Below are positions 10,224 to 19,155 of a stretch of DNA of 64,000 nt, in pieces. The stretch is from Frankiaceae bacterium (lineage in GTDB: Bacteria > Actinomycetota > Actinomycetes > JAFAQI01). The stretch covers positions 1,438-65,437 of the forward strand of contig JAICMG010000002.1 in NCBI GenBank assembly GCA_025929365.1, given 5' to 3'. The first letter of the stretch is position 1. The number at the start of each line of letters is the position of its first letter. The notes beneath the pieces are model-generated. The model was not told the origin of the DNA, made no database searches, and saw only the letters and a list, made by a program, of their open reading frames with translations. The position numbers were made by a program, and so were the translations under genes.

Positions 10224-12050
10224 CTAGATAGCAGCGCGTGCCGGTCGATGGACGGGACGCAGGCCGCGGCGGTCCTCGAACGGCCGCGCGGCCGCCCGGC
10301 CTTCCTCGGCGGCGTCGAGCCAGTGGCGCAGCCGGCCGGCGCCGTCGACCGGTGACGCCCACTCGCCGTCGAGGGCGATCAGCCGTGCGCCCGGCTCGGC
10401 CAGCCAGGCGAGGATCTGGCCGACCTCCTCAGCGGTCGCCGCGCCAAGCGGTCCGGGCTTGGGCAGCACCGTCTCGGCCGTGGCTACCAGTGCCCGGATG
10501 TACGGCGCGGGGGCGGCGCCGACCGGAACCGTCGCCGCCCCGGCCAGCCGGCCGTACCGCACCACCGCGAGGTCCCACCCGCCGCCGAACCCGGGTCGTG
10601 CCGCGACCAGCTGCCGACAGCCGGCCAGGCCGGCCAGGCGCTGCATCCGGTCGACGGCCCGCACGAAGGACCCGGCGCGGTCGCGGTGTGCCGCGGCTTC
10701 CTCGAAGCGCTCCTGCGCCGAGAGCGAGGCCATGCGGCGCTGCGCCGCAGCGAGCACCGGCTGCGGGTCGCCGGTGAGCAGCGCGCGGGCCGCGTCGGCC
10801 GTCTCGGCGTACTGCTCGCGGGTCATCGTCCCCTCGCAGGGCGCGCCACAGCGGCCCATCCCGGCCAGCACGCATGCCGACGTCGGCCGCGACGGGCTGA
10901 TCCGCTGGGTGCACTGCCGCAGGGGGACCGTCTCGTGGACCGCGGCCATGGCGGCCTGTGCCGCGCGGGCCGAACCGAAGGGACCGAGGTACGTCGCGCC
11001 GTCCTCGGCCACCCGCCGGACGAGGGCGAGCCGGGGGAACGGCTCGGCGGTGAGCTTGAGCCAGCTCGAGCGCTCGGGGAATCGCGAGCGGCGGTTGTAG
11101 CGCGGCTTGTGCTCCGCGATCAGGCGCAGCTCACGGACCTCGGCCTCCAGGGGATGCGCACACGCCACCGCGTCGACGGACTCGGCGATCCCGACCATCT
11201 CGGCCATGCGGGTGCGTGGCTCGGAGGCGACGAAGTACTGCCGGACGCGCGCCCGCACGTTGCGGCTGCGACCGATGTAGAGCGGGCGGCCGCGCGAGTC
11301 CTTGAAGATGTACACCCCTGGTCCGACCGGCAGCCCGTCCGCGAGGTAGCGCTTGCGGCGCTGCGCCGCTGTCGCGAGGCCCGTGAACGACACCAGCTCT
11401 TCGTGGGTCCGGATGCCCAGATTTCCCAGTCTTTCCAACAATCCGTGCAGCACCTCGGTCGTCGCGCGCGCGTCGGCAAGGGCCCGGTGGCACGGCGTGG
11501 TGTCGGTGCGGAACAGCCGGGACAGGGTGGCGAGCTTGCAGTCGGGCGCTTCGTCGCGAGTCAGCACCCGACGGGCCAGGCGGGCGGTGTCGACGGAGTC
11601 GAAGCCCGGCCACTCGAGCCCGAGAGCGGTCGCGCCGGCGCGCAGGAACCCGACGTCGAACGGCGCGTTGTGCGCGACCAGCACGCTTCCCGCGGCCCAG
11701 TCGAGGAACATCGGCAGGACCGCGGACAGCCGGGGCGCCGTGGCCACCATCGAGTCGGTGATGCCGGTCAGCACGGCGATGAACGGCGGCACCGACATCC
11801 CGGGGTTCACCAGAGTCTGGAACTCGCCGAGGTGCTCCCCGCCCCTGACCTTCACCGCGCCGATCTCGGTGATCGCGGAGCTTGCGGGAGAGCCACCCGT
11901 GGTCTCCAAGTCGACAATCACGAACGTCACCTCGGACAGCGGAGTGCCGAGCTCGTCGAAGGTGCTCTGGATGCCCGTGACAGGTGTTGCTCGTGATGCC
12001 GGATGTGCCCCAGATGCTGGAGTGGCAGCCGAGCCGAGCATGCGCTTCAC
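10224..12050 (-). CDS. DEDDh 3'-5' exonuclease (DnaQ-like) fused to GIY-YIG nuclease domain protein (Rv2191-like)
   Basis: N-terminal FVIVDLETTG (Exo I), HNAPFD (Exo II) and CHRALADA (Exo III). Central GIY-YIG (GVYIFKD...LYIGRS). 608 aa. Confidence 0.8.
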   Translation of the reverse strand: MKRMLGSAATPASGAHPASRATPVTGIQSTFDELGTPLSEVTFVIVDLETTGGSPASSAITEIGAVKVRGGEHLGEFQTLVNPGMSVPPFIAVLTGITDSMVATAPRLSAVLPMFLDWAAGSVLVAHNAPFDVGFLRAGATALGLEWPGFDSVDTARLARRVLTRDEAPDCKLATLSRLFRTDTTPCHRALADARATTEVLHGLLERLGNLGIRTHEELVSFTGLATAAQRRKRYLADGLPVGPGVYIFKDSRGRPLYIGRSRNVRARVRQYFVASEPRTRMAEMVGIAESVDAVACAHPLEAEVRELRLIAEHKPRYNRRSRFPERSSWLKLTAEPFPRLALVRRVAEDGATYLGPFGSARAAQAAMAAVHETVPLRQCTQRISPSRPTSACVLAGMGRCGAPCEGTMTREQYAETADAARALLTGDPQPVLAAAQRRMASLSAQERFEEAAAHRDRAGSFVRAVDRMQRLAGLAGCRQLVAARPGFGGGWDLAVVRYGRLAGAATVPVGAAPAPYIRALVATAETVLPKPGPLGAATAEEVGQILAWLAEPGARLIALDGEWASPVDGAGRLRHWLDAAEEGRAAARPFEDRRGLRPVHRPARAAI

Positions 12051-12183
12051 GGTAGAAGCGGGCGCCGACAGTGTTGATGCGACGCGCGGCGCGGCGCGGC
12101 CTCACCGCAACCGGCGCCCCGAAACTGTCAGCGGCCCTGGTTAGCGTCCCGGACGACGAGACGACAACGGCACGGGAGTTCGG

Positions 12184-12369
12184 ATGATCATCGACTGCGA
12201 TCGGTGCGAGATGCGCAACGTTGCTTGCGAGGACTGCGTCGTGACGTTCCTGCTCGCGGCTCCGCCGGTGGGCGAGCTCGCCGACGACGAGGCGGGGGCG
12301 CTGGCGGCGTTGGCAGAGGGTGGGCTCGTGCCGCCGCTGCGAATGAAACACGGGGCATACGGCGCCTGA
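12184..12369 (+). CDS. small Cys-rich hypothetical protein (putative zinc-ribbon)
   Basis: 61 aa with CDRC...CEDC (CxxC-N5-CxxC). Sits in the intergenic gap between the exonuclease gene and the riboswitch. No clear SD. Confidence 0.3.
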   Translation: MIIDCDRCEMRNVACEDCVVTFLLAAPPVGELADDEAGALAALAEGGLVPPLRMKHGAYGA

Positions 12370-12519
12370 TCGGCGATTATGCGTGAAATGTCCTGATTGG
12401 GACAGGCCTGATTCCGACCGCGGATCACGAAACGGACACGACGGTCCTTGAGAGCGGTCTTGCCTACCGGCTAGTCTGACCGCGGCCCTGTGAGAACCGT
12501 CGTCAGCCGGGCGACGGCG

Positions 12520-12700
12520 CATGGCCACCGCCGAATCATCGACTGGACGTTCCCACCGACCAGTCAGAGCCGGGGACCCAGGTCCCATTGGGGTGAATCG
12601 GTGCCACGCCACCGTGGCGGCAACGCCGTCGATGGCAAGGCATCGTAGGGCGAACTTCCCTCCCGAACCCGTCAGCTCACCCGGTAGGCGGCCCGAGGAA
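12520..12700 (+). promoter_or_regulatory. cyclic-di-AMP riboswitch (ydaO/kimA class) in the 5' leader of the NlpC/P60 gene
   Basis: Conserved ydaO segments read in order on the plus strand: GCCGAAUC, GGGGACCCAGGUCCC, GGGGUGAAUCGG, and CCCGAACCCGUCAGCUCACCCGGUAGGCG. Ends about 20 nt before the GTG start. Confidence 0.7.
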
Positions 12701-12719
12701 GAATGGAGAGCCGCCACCC

Positions 12720-13730
12720 GTGGCGACTACCCCACGACTACGCGTATCCGCGTTCGGCATCACCCTCGCTGCAGTTGTGGCCGCGATGGTTCCTTCCGGG
12801 ATCGGCGCCGCGGCGCCGACCTCGCACCTGTCTCTTACCCAGGTGAAGGCACAAATCGCCTCTCTCAACGCAAAAGCTGAGCGGGTCACGGAGAGCTACA
12901 ACAGCGCTCGCGACCGCCTTGCCGCGTTGCAGCGCAAGGAGCAGGTCACGTCGCACGAGCTCTCGCGCGACCGTTCCGCGCTGTCGGCGAGTGAGAACAA
13001 GCTCGCGGCCTCTGCGGCCGCGGCGTACCGCAGCGGCGGGCTCGACGCGACGATGTCGCTCGTCTCCTCCGGCAGCCCGCAGACCTTCCTCGACCAGACC
13101 TCCACGCTGGAAGAGGTTGCGCACTACCAGGCCGGCCAGGTTGCCGCTGCCGATGCCGCGCAGCGCACCTTGTCCGCCGACCAGATCCTGCACAACGCGC
13201 AGGTCAAGCAGCAGCGCAGCACGCTCGCCCAGATCACCGCCCAGCGCAACTCGATCAACAACCTGCTCAACCAGCAGAAGGCGCTGCTCGGCCGGCTCAC
13301 CTCGGCCGCGCGGGCGGCGTACGACGCGCAGGCCAACGCCATGGCGGCGCGCGAGCTCTCGCTGCGCAACAGCTACAACGGCCCGGCCAGCGGTCAGGCC
13401 TCCGCCGCGGTGCAGTTCGCGTACAACCAGCTCGGCAAGCCCTACTACTACGGCGGTGCCGGCCCGAACTCCTACGACTGCTCCGGTCTGACGATGCGCG
13501 CGTGGGGGGCCGCCGGCGTCGCGCTGCCGCACAACGCCGCCGCGCAGCAGTCCGGGATCCCCGCGGTGTCGCTGGGCAACCTCGAGCCGGGTGACCTCGT
13601 GTTCTTCGGCAGCCCGGCCTACCACGTCGGGATCTACATCGGCAGCGGCCGGATGATCGCGGCGCCGCACACGGGCACCGTCGTTCAGATCCAGCCCATC
13701 GGCTCGCCCACCAGCGCAGGGCGTCCGTAG
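12720..13730 (+). CDS. NlpC/P60 family peptidoglycan endopeptidase with N-terminal coiled-coil (RipA/RipC-like)
   Basis: Signal peptide. Long Gln/Ala-rich coiled-coil. C-terminal NlpC/P60 (YDCSGL...H...H). Confidence 0.85.
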   Translation: MATTPRLRVSAFGITLAAVVAAMVPSGIGAAAPTSHLSLTQVKAQIASLNAKAERVTESYNSARDRLAALQRKEQVTSHELSRDRSALSASENKLAASAAAAYRSGGLDATMSLVSSGSPQTFLDQTSTLEEVAHYQAGQVAAADAAQRTLSADQILHNAQVKQQRSTLAQITAQRNSINNLLNQQKALLGRLTSAARAAYDAQANAMAARELSLRNSYNGPASGQASAAVQFAYNQLGKPYYYGGAGPNSYDCSGLTMRAWGAAGVALPHNAAAQQSGIPAVSLGNLEPGDLVFFGSPAYHVGIYIGSGRMIAAPHTGTVVQIQPIGSPTSAGRP

Positions 13731-13773
13731 CCTTCCTTCCGTGCGCGGCGATTTGGACTAAGTTGTCCGTTTT

Positions 13774-13802
13774 GCCACGTCCGTACTTGTGACGGACGTG
13801 GC
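13774..13802. repeat. perfect 11-bp inverted repeat hairpin (GCCACGTCCGT-N7-ACGGACGTGGC)
   Basis: Read directly. Lies 44 nt after the NlpC/P60 stop and about 55 nt before sepH. No U-tract. Confidence 0.5.
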
Positions 13803-13858
13803 TCACGGGGCAAACTTTGTCGGTTGGGGCATCCTGGTCCCCGATCGGGAGGGCAGGC

Positions 13859-14788
13859 GTGCGTCAGCTCGAAGTCGTGGCCGTCAGTGATGACGGCAAC
13901 CACGTGCTGCTGGCCGCTTCCGAGGACGCGGCCCGCGCCACGCACCAGCTGAGGATCGACAACCGGCTGGTCGCGGCCATCAACGGCGAGCTCGACGACG
14001 ACGCCGAGCACCGCGAGAGCGAGCTGTCCCCAAAGGAGATCCAGGCCCGGCTGCGGGCAGGTGACACGGTCGAACAGGTCGCGAAGGCGGCCCGGATCCC
14101 GGTCGCGCGGATCATGATCTACGCGACGCCGGTGATCTCGGAGCGGGCTCGCATCGTCGACCAGGCCCGTGCGGCCCGGGTACGCCGGCCCCGCGGCCAC
14201 GAGTCGACGGCCTCACTCGGCACCGTCACCACGAAGCGGCTCACCGAGATCGCCGGGCTGCGCCCGGAAACCGTCGAGTGGAGCGCCAAGCGGCGCGAGG
14301 ACGGCGCGTGGGTGATCGGGCTGAGCTATGCCGCCCGTGGCGGCTCCAGGACCGCGCTGTGGCTGTGGCGGCCCTCGAGCCGTGAGCTGACGGCGATCAA
14401 CGCCCTCGGCACCCGCCTCGGCGCTCAGGAGGACGTCGCGGCGCCGCGCCGCAAGCGCCCGGCGCCCGCTCCCGTGCCCGCTCCGACCGCGAAGCGCAAG
14501 CCCGCGACGCGCAAGGCGCCGACCGCGAAGGCCGCGGCGGCGAAGAAGGCGTCGCCGGCGAAGCCGGCGGGCAAGCGGGTCGCGGCGAAGCGGGCGGGCG
14601 CCGGATCGAAAGCGGCGTCGCCATCCAGGTCAGCGGCAAAGCCGGCGCGCAAGGGTCCCCGTCCGCAACCGCGTCCGGCCCCGATGCGCGAGCTGCCCGA
14701 GAAGAAGAACGGGCGCGTGCCGATTCCGTCGTGGGACTCCGTCCTGCTCGGCGTCGGGTCGCCGGCTGGAGGACGCCGGCGGTCGTGA
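13859..14788 (+). CDS. sepH: septation protein SepH (DUF3071)
   Basis: GTG start (VRQLEVVAV) preceded by GGGAGGG. DUF3071-like N-terminal region. C-terminal Ala/Lys/Pro-rich basic tail (AKRKPATRKAPTAKAAAAKK) typical of SepH. Confidence 0.7.
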   Translation: MRQLEVVAVSDDGNHVLLAASEDAARATHQLRIDNRLVAAINGELDDDAEHRESELSPKEIQARLRAGDTVEQVAKAARIPVARIMIYATPVISERARIVDQARAARVRRPRGHESTASLGTVTTKRLTEIAGLRPETVEWSAKRREDGAWVIGLSYAARGGSRTALWLWRPSSRELTAINALGTRLGAQEDVAAPRRKRPAPAPVPAPTAKRKPATRKAPTAKAAAAKKASPAKPAGKRVAAKRAGAGSKAASPSRSAAKPARKGPRPQPRPAPMRELPEKKNGRVPIPSWDSVLLGVGSPAGGRRRS

Positions 14789-16122
14789 TCCGCCGGACTC
14801 CCGTCGTGCACTCAGCGCGGCGGCCGGTCGCCATCGTCGCGGGCCTGGTCGTGGTCGCCCTTGGCGTCGGACTCGCGCTCGTGCAGAGCCGCGGGCCGAG
14901 CAGCCCGCACGGTGGATCGCCGGCGAGGGGAGCGATGTCGGCGGCGGCAGCCGCGCGCGTGCACGCGATCCAGCGCCTGCTCCACGAGCGGTCGGTGGCG
15001 CTGGTCCGCCGCGACCGGTCGGCGTTCATGGCGACCGTCGACCCGGCGGCGAAGCAGTTTCGCAGGCGCCAGTCGCGGATGTTCACCGATCTCGCGCCGG
15101 TGCCGATCGGGTCCTGGTCCTACGAGATGACGACGACGCCACGGCGCTCGCCCCCCGACGCCGCCCGCTATCGCGACCCGGTCTGGGCGCCGTCGTTCTT
15201 CGCACTGCACTACAGGCTGGCGCGCTTCGACCCGAAGCCGACCACGCTGCAGCAGTACCCGACCTTCGTCGAACGCGACGGCCACTGGTACCTCGCGTCG
15301 CTTACCGACTACGCCCGGCGCGGCCTGGTATCGGCGACCGACATCTGGGACTACGGTCCGGTCAAGGTGCTGCGGGGTCGGGGGGTGCTCGTCATCGGTG
15401 CGCCGTCGCAGCAGGCCACGATGACCGAGATCGTGCACGAGGTGCCGGCCGCGATCGACCAGGTGACGGCGGTGTGGGGGACGCAGTGGACGCGGCGGGC
15501 TGTCGTGCTCGTGCCGGCGACGACCCGTGAGATGGGCCTGATCGACGACTACACGGGCGATCTCGGCGACATCGCGGCGCTCACCAGTGCCGAGGTGAGC
15601 ACGGCGGCAGGTCATCCCGCACCGGTGGGGGACCGCATCACGATCAACCCCGCGAACTGGCCGAAGCTCAGCAATGTCGGTGCGGCTGTGGTCATCCGTC
15701 ACGAGCTGACTCATGTCGCGACCCGCGCCGTCACCGGGACGCAGACACCGACCTGGCTGTCGGAAGGGTTCGCGGACTACGTCGGCTTCCTCGACGCGGG
15801 CGTGTCGGTCGACGTCGCGGCCGCTGAGCTGAAGCGGTTGGTGGGCGCCGGCCGGGCGCCGGACGTGCTGCCCACCAACCGCGACTTCAGGTCCTCCAGC
15901 ACGCAGCTCGCGGCGAGCTACGAGGCCGCATGGCTTGCGTGTCGGTACGTCGCGCAGCACTTCGGGCAACGCACTCTTGTGGGCTTCTACCGGGCGGTGG
16001 GCACCTCGCCCTCGCCGTACCCGACGGTTGCGCTCGCACTCGCGTTGGAGGACGTCCTCCATCTGCGCATCGATCAGTTCGTCACGAGGTGGCGGCACTA
16101 CGTGATCGGCGAGCTGTCATGA
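14785..16122 (+). CDS. membrane-anchored hypothetical protein with HExxH...E (gluzincin-like) motif
   Basis: GTGA overlap with the sepH stop. N-terminal TM (VAIVAGLVVVALGVGLAL). HELTH followed 20 aa later by EGFADY. 446 aa. Confidence 0.5.
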   Translation: MIRRTPVVHSARRPVAIVAGLVVVALGVGLALVQSRGPSSPHGGSPARGAMSAAAAARVHAIQRLLHERSVALVRRDRSAFMATVDPAAKQFRRRQSRMFTDLAPVPIGSWSYEMTTTPRRSPPDAARYRDPVWAPSFFALHYRLARFDPKPTTLQQYPTFVERDGHWYLASLTDYARRGLVSATDIWDYGPVKVLRGRGVLVIGAPSQQATMTEIVHEVPAAIDQVTAVWGTQWTRRAVVLVPATTREMGLIDDYTGDLGDIAALTSAEVSTAAGHPAPVGDRITINPANWPKLSNVGAAVVIRHELTHVATRAVTGTQTPTWLSEGFADYVGFLDAGVSVDVAAAELKRLVGAGRAPDVLPTNRDFRSSSTQLAASYEAAWLACRYVAQHFGQRTLVGFYRAVGTSPSPYPTVALALALEDVLHLRIDQFVTRWRHYVIGELS

Positions 16123-17255
16123 GCCGGCAGCGGCGCCTGCTGATCGTGACGAACGACTTCCCGCCACGCCCCGGTGGCATCCAGTCCTTTCTGCATGGCG
16201 TCGTGTCGCAGCTGGATCCGGAAGAGGTCGTCGTCCTCACCTCGCGGTGGCGCGGATGGGAGGAGTGGGACTCCGCGGTCGACTTCACGGTGATCCGGCA
16301 GGACACGCAGGTCCTGCTTCCGACGGCGGGAGTGCGCCGGCAGGCGGTGAACATCTTCGGCGAGCAGGGGTGCACCGATGTCTGGTTCGGGGCGGCGGCC
16401 CCGCTCGGCCGGCTCGCGCCGGCGCTGCGCGCGGCAGGTGCGCAGCGCATCGTGGCGACGACGCACGGACATGAAGCCGGTTGGGCCGCGATGCCCGGCG
16501 CCCGCTCGGTGCTGCGCCGGATCGCTGCTGATGTCGACGTGCTCACCTACCTCGGCGACTACACCCGTGCGCGGCTCGCGGACGCGATCGGGGAGCACGC
16601 GGACCGACTGCGACGCCTGACGCCGGCCGTGGATACGGCGCTGTTCAACCCGGGCGTCGACGGTCACAGCACGCGTGCGCAGCTCGGGTGGGGTGAGCGG
16701 CCGGTCGTCGTGTGTGTCTCGCGGCTGATGCCCCGAAAGGGTCAGGACGTCCTGGTGCGGGCGCTTCCCGAGATCCGCCGTCGCGTCGGCGACGTGGGCC
16801 TCCTGCTCGTCGGCGGCGGCCCGTCACGATCGCGGCTCGACGGCCTGGTCAACGAGTACGGCGTCGGCGATCACGTGGCGATCACCGGCTCGGTGCCGTT
16901 CGAGGCGCTTCCCGGCTACTACCGGGCCGGTGACGTGTTTGCGATGCCGTGCCGCGAGCGACTCGGCGGTCTCGACGTGGAGGGTCTCGGCATGGTCTTC
17001 CTCGAGGCGGCGGCGTGTGGCCTGCCGGTCGTCGCCGGCAGGTCCGGCGGATCGGTCGACGCCGTCATCGACGGCGAGACCGGCCTGCTCGTCGACGGTC
17101 GTGATGTCGGGGGAGTGGCGACCGCGATCGCAGACCTCCTGCTCGAGGCGCCGAAGGCCGCGGCCATGGGGGTACGCGGGTGCGAGTGGGTGGCGAAGGA
17201 GTGGACCTGGGAGGCGACGACCAGCCGCCTCAAGGAGATGCTCGGGTGGGTGTGA
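16119..17255 (+). CDS. GT4 family glycosyltransferase (PimB'-like mannosyltransferase)
   Basis: ATGA overlap with the upstream stop. N-terminal LLIVTNDFPPRPGGIQS. The GT4 EX7E region is present (FEALPG...E). Confidence 0.75.
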   Translation: MSRQRRLLIVTNDFPPRPGGIQSFLHGVVSQLDPEEVVVLTSRWRGWEEWDSAVDFTVIRQDTQVLLPTAGVRRQAVNIFGEQGCTDVWFGAAAPLGRLAPALRAAGAQRIVATTHGHEAGWAAMPGARSVLRRIAADVDVLTYLGDYTRARLADAIGEHADRLRRLTPAVDTALFNPGVDGHSTRAQLGWGERPVVVCVSRLMPRKGQDVLVRALPEIRRRVGDVGLLLVGGGPSRSRLDGLVNEYGVGDHVAITGSVPFEALPGYYRAGDVFAMPCRERLGGLDVEGLGMVFLEAAACGLPVVAGRSGGSVDAVIDGETGLLVDGRDVGGVATAIADLLLEAPKAAAMGVRGCEWVAKEWTWEATTSRLKEMLGWV

Positions 17256-17269
17256 GGGTGTGGGGACGT

Positions 17270-19075
17270 CTACCCGGGCTTCCCGGCGTACAGCCTGTCG
17301 ATCTCCTTGGCGTAGGTGTCCGCCACCACGTTGCGCTTCACCTTGAGTGACGGCGTCAGCTCGCCGGACTCCACCGTCCAGTCGTCACCGAGGATCGTGA
17401 AGGCCTTGATCGCCTCCGCCTTCGACACCGCCTTGTTCGCCTCGTCGACCGCGGCCTGGATCTCGGCACGCAGGTCGGCGTCGTCGGCGAGATCGGCAAC
17501 GCTCGCCGAGTCCGGCTTGCCATGCGCGGACTTCCAGGCCGGGAACGCTTCCTCGTCGATGGTGACGATCGCGGCGATGAACGGCTTCTGGTCGCCGACG
17601 ACCATGCACTGGCTGACGAGTGCATGTGCGCGCAGGCGGTCCTCGAGCACGGCGGGCGCGACGTTCTTTCCGCCGGCGGTGACGATGAGCTCCTTCTTGC
17701 GCCCGGTGATCGTCAGGTAGCCCTCGGCATCGAGCTTGCCGATGTCGCCGGTGTGGAACCAGCCTTCTGACTCCAGGGACTCCTTCGTCGCCGCGGGGTT
17801 GTTGTAGTAGCCGGCGAAGACGTTGCCGCCTTTGAGCAGGATCTCGCCGTCCTCGGCGATCCGTACCGTGCAACCGGGGATCGGCCGGCCGACGGTTCCG
17901 ACCTTCATGGCGTCAGGACGGTTCACCGTGGCCCCGGCGGTGGTCTCGGTGAGGCCATAGCCCTCATAGATCGGGACGCCGGCGCCGCGGAAGAAGTGGC
18001 CCAGTCGCGCACCCAGCGGTGCTCCGCCCGAGATCGCGCCTATGGCCCGGCCACCGAGTGCGGCGCGCAGCTTGTTGTAGACGAGCTTGTCGAACACGAG
18101 GTGCGGGACTTCCCATACCGCCCGCGAGAGCGGGTTGCCGTCGAGTGAGCGGCTGTAGTTGATCGCGACCGTCTCGGCGAGATCGAAGATCGCTCCCTTG
18201 CCGTCGGCGTGCGCCCGCTGCTTCGCGGTGTTGTAGACCTTCTCGAACACTCGCGGCACCGAGAGCACGAACGTGGGCTTGAAGACCGCCAGGTCCGGCA
18301 GCAGGTTCTTGATGTCCGCCGTGTGGCCCATGCGGACGCGGCTCTGCACGCAGCCGACCTGAATGATCCGGGCGAACACGTGAGCCAGCGGAAGGAAAAG
18401 CAGTGTCGACTGGTCCTCACCGAACATCTCTGTGAGGCCCTCGGTCGTCGACGTCGCGTCGAACAAGAAGTTGTAGTGCGTGAGCTCGCAACCCTTGGGT
18501 CGGCCGGTCGTGCCAGACGTGTAGATGATCGTTGCAAGGCTGCTGGGCGTGAGCGTGCGACGGCGCTGTTCGATGTCGTCCTCGGAGACACCCTGGCCGG
18601 CTTTGGTGAGCTCGTCGACCGCGCCGTCGTCGATGCTCCAGACGTTTCGTACGCCGGCCAGCCGCGCCGACACCTCGTCGTAGGTCTTGCGGTGGGTGTC
18701 GCTTTCGAGGAACACGCCGACGGCGCCCGAGTCGGACACGATCCACTCGACCTGCTCGGCAGACGATGTCTCATAGATCGGCACCGTGACCGCGCCCGCG
18801 GTCCAGACCGCGTAGTCCAGCAGCGTCCACTCGTACCGGGTGCTCGACATGATGCACACCCGCTCGCCGGGTTGCACGCCGGAGGCGATCAAGCCGGCCG
18901 CCGCCTGCTTCACCTCGTCGGCGAACTGCTTGGCGCTGACCGGTTGCCAGGATCCGTCGACCTTGCGGTCGAAGACGACCCGGTCGGGGTACTCCGCGGC
19001 GTTGGCGACGACGGCGTCCGTCAGGTTCGCGTCGTCAGGAATGCGAAAGTCCGCGGGCACGCTGAAGTCGGGCAC
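17270..19075 (-). CDS. fadD15: long-chain fatty-acid--CoA ligase (FadD15-like)
   Basis: AMP-binding motif YTSGTTGRPKG. YGLTETT, TGDIG and GRKKE motifs. The listed ORF has a 117-aa Arg/Ala-rich 5' extension that I reject. The internal GTG gives about 602 aa. Confidence 0.8.
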   Translation of the reverse strand: MPDFSVPADFRIPDDANLTDAVVANAAEYPDRVVFDRKVDGSWQPVSAKQFADEVKQAAAGLIASGVQPGERVCIMSSTRYEWTLLDYAVWTAGAVTVPIYETSSAEQVEWIVSDSGAVGVFLESDTHRKTYDEVSARLAGVRNVWSIDDGAVDELTKAGQGVSEDDIEQRRRTLTPSSLATIIYTSGTTGRPKGCELTHYNFLFDATSTTEGLTEMFGEDQSTLLFLPLAHVFARIIQVGCVQSRVRMGHTADIKNLLPDLAVFKPTFVLSVPRVFEKVYNTAKQRAHADGKGAIFDLAETVAINYSRSLDGNPLSRAVWEVPHLVFDKLVYNKLRAALGGRAIGAISGGAPLGARLGHFFRGAGVPIYEGYGLTETTAGATVNRPDAMKVGTVGRPIPGCTVRIAEDGEILLKGGNVFAGYYNNPAATKESLESEGWFHTGDIGKLDAEGYLTITGRKKELIVTAGGKNVAPAVLEDRLRAHALVSQCMVVGDQKPFIAAIVTIDEEAFPAWKSAHGKPDSASVADLADDADLRAEIQAAVDEANKAVSKAEAIKAFTILGDDWTVESGELTPSLKVKRNVVADTYAKEIDRLYAGKPG

Positions 19076-19155
19076 GGGCGAAAGCGTACGCGCGAGCGAG
19101 CCCGGCCGCCCTATGCGCCGTTTAGGTCGTCCGGAAGGCTGCCGAGGAATTACGG

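Noticed and set aside
10686-11996. 436-aa plus-strand ORF and a 528-aa minus-strand ORF (11131..12717) overlapping the exonuclease gene and riboswitch
   Set aside because: Arg/Gly/Pro-rich with no recognisable motifs. They overlap a motif-rich gene and a conserved riboswitch.
14812-16098. 428-aa minus-strand ORF antisense to the HExxH protein gene
   Set aside because: Arg/Pro-rich artefact. The sense frame carries a TM helix and the HExxH motif and is coupled to its neighbours.
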